Shown one piece after another: positions 63,443 to 64,000 of a stretch of DNA of 64,000 nt (its first letter is position 1; each line of letters opens with the position of its first letter). The notes below the pieces were generated by a model, which saw only the letters and a list, made by a program, of their open reading frames with translations, did not search any database and was not told the origin of the DNA. The stretch comes from an uncultured Pseudomonadota bacterium. GTDB lineage: Bacteria; Myxococcota_A; Polyangia; Fen-1088. Location: contig CAWHRJ010000004.1 in NCBI GenBank assembly GCA_963831685.1, forward strand, positions 64,812-128,811. The letters run 5' to 3'. A program made the position numbers and the translations under genes.

Positions 63443-64000
63443 CTAGGCCGCCGATTCGCCGCGCGCCCGGGCCGCGTCTTCGGTGAGCTTGACGAACACG
63501 TCTTCGAGCGAGGGGTGGATCTCGCGGATCTCCGCCTGCGAGAACCCGGCCTGGTGGGCTTCGGCGAGGATGGTCGCGTCGGCCTTTTCGCGGGGGACCA
63601 CGGTGTGAACCGACTGGCCGAAGATGGTCGCGCCCAGGCACCACGGCTGCGGCCGGATCCAGGCCAGCGCCTTGGCCGGCTGCGGCGTCTCGATCTCGAT
63701 GCGGCGCGTGTCCGGCTGGTTGACCATCGGCAGCGTCTTCAGACGCTCGGGCGTCCCGGTGACCAGCAGCTTCGACAGATAGAGGTACCCGACCTCGCCA
63801 CAGCGCTCGGCCTCGTCCATGTAATGGGTGGTCACGAGAAACGTGATCCCCTGCGCCGCCAGCGCGAACAGCAGGTCCCAGAGCTCCCGGCGCGCGACCG
63901 GATCGATCCCCGCCGTCGGCTCGTCGAGGAAGACGACGCGCGGCTCGTGCAGCAGCGCCGCCCCCAGCGCCAGCCGCTGCTTCCACCCGCCCGACAGAAG
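63443..64000 (-). CDS. ABC transporter ATP-binding protein, C-terminal part (5' end outside window)
   Basis: The frame is open to the window edge. It reads [34 protein letters not shown]...TTHYMDEAE (signature, Walker B, H-loop). Confidence 0.85.
   Translation of the reverse strand, partial: LLSGGWKQRLALGAALLHEPRVVFLDEPTAGIDPVARRELWDLLFALAAQGITFLVTTHYMDEAERCGEVGYLYLSKLLVTGTPERLKTLPMVNQPDTRRIEIETPQPAKALAWIRPQPWCLGATIFGQSVHTVVPREKADATILAEAHQAGFSQAEIREIHPSLEDVFVKLTEDAARARGESAA

Overview
This is a very GC-rich bacterial chromosomal segment; third codon positions are almost always G/C, so long spurious antisense ORFs are common. I had no search tools, so all calls rest on sequence motifs I recognise and on gene context. 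The source is most likely a myxobacterium, probably Sorangiineae-like. Supporting signs are MYXO-CTERM-type sorting tails (GC + TM helix + RRRR), a DUF1592/DUF1552 gene pair, and many lipoproteins with Gly-rich GTGGx/GSGGx linkers.

Content from left to right:
1. A galactose/sugar utilisation operon: mutarotase, sugar ABC transporter, SDR epimerase, galactokinase.
2. An eight-gene co-directional operon: DUF1592, DUF1552, a lipoprotein, a 2OG-oxygenase, an N2227-like methyltransferase with a PqqD-like tail, a PSCyt-like lipoprotein, a CxxCH beta-barrel and a CxxCH lipoprotein.
3. A second mutarotase flanked by 23-bp direct repeats, a Gly-rich secreted protein, and a GH29 fucosidase with a MYXO-CTERM tail.
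4. A small decayed mobile remnant: an integrase 3' fragment plus a nucleotidyltransferase-fold pair.
5. An operon of a LolA-like protein, two FtsX permeases, an ABC ATPase and an outer-membrane barrel; the barrel gene appears frameshifted.
6. An isoprenoid-lipid operon: squalene/phytoene-synthase-like, HpnA-like, amine oxidase, Omp85-like, and a flippase-like/GT4 fusion. It is bounded by an inverted partial duplication of the oxidase gene.
7. A complete Ton system whose receptor carries its own TonB_C-like domain.
8. Two extremely Cys-rich repeat lipoproteins.
9. An AraC/GAF regulator and a trypsin-like protease.
10. A second envelope island with an ECF sigma/anti-sigma pair, a paralogous CxxCH barrel, a MYXO-CTERM CxxCH protein, a haem-binding-domain protein and a Tat Rieske lipoprotein.
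11. An ABC-2 exporter running off the right edge.

I found no rRNA, tRNA or CRISPR.

The most interesting signal is a recurrent outer-membrane barrel family carrying a CxxCH motif, flanked by small heme-motif lipoproteins. It occurs twice in the window. One copy sits under a private ECF sigma, and a conserved 49-nt upstream element is shared by two genes of that island.
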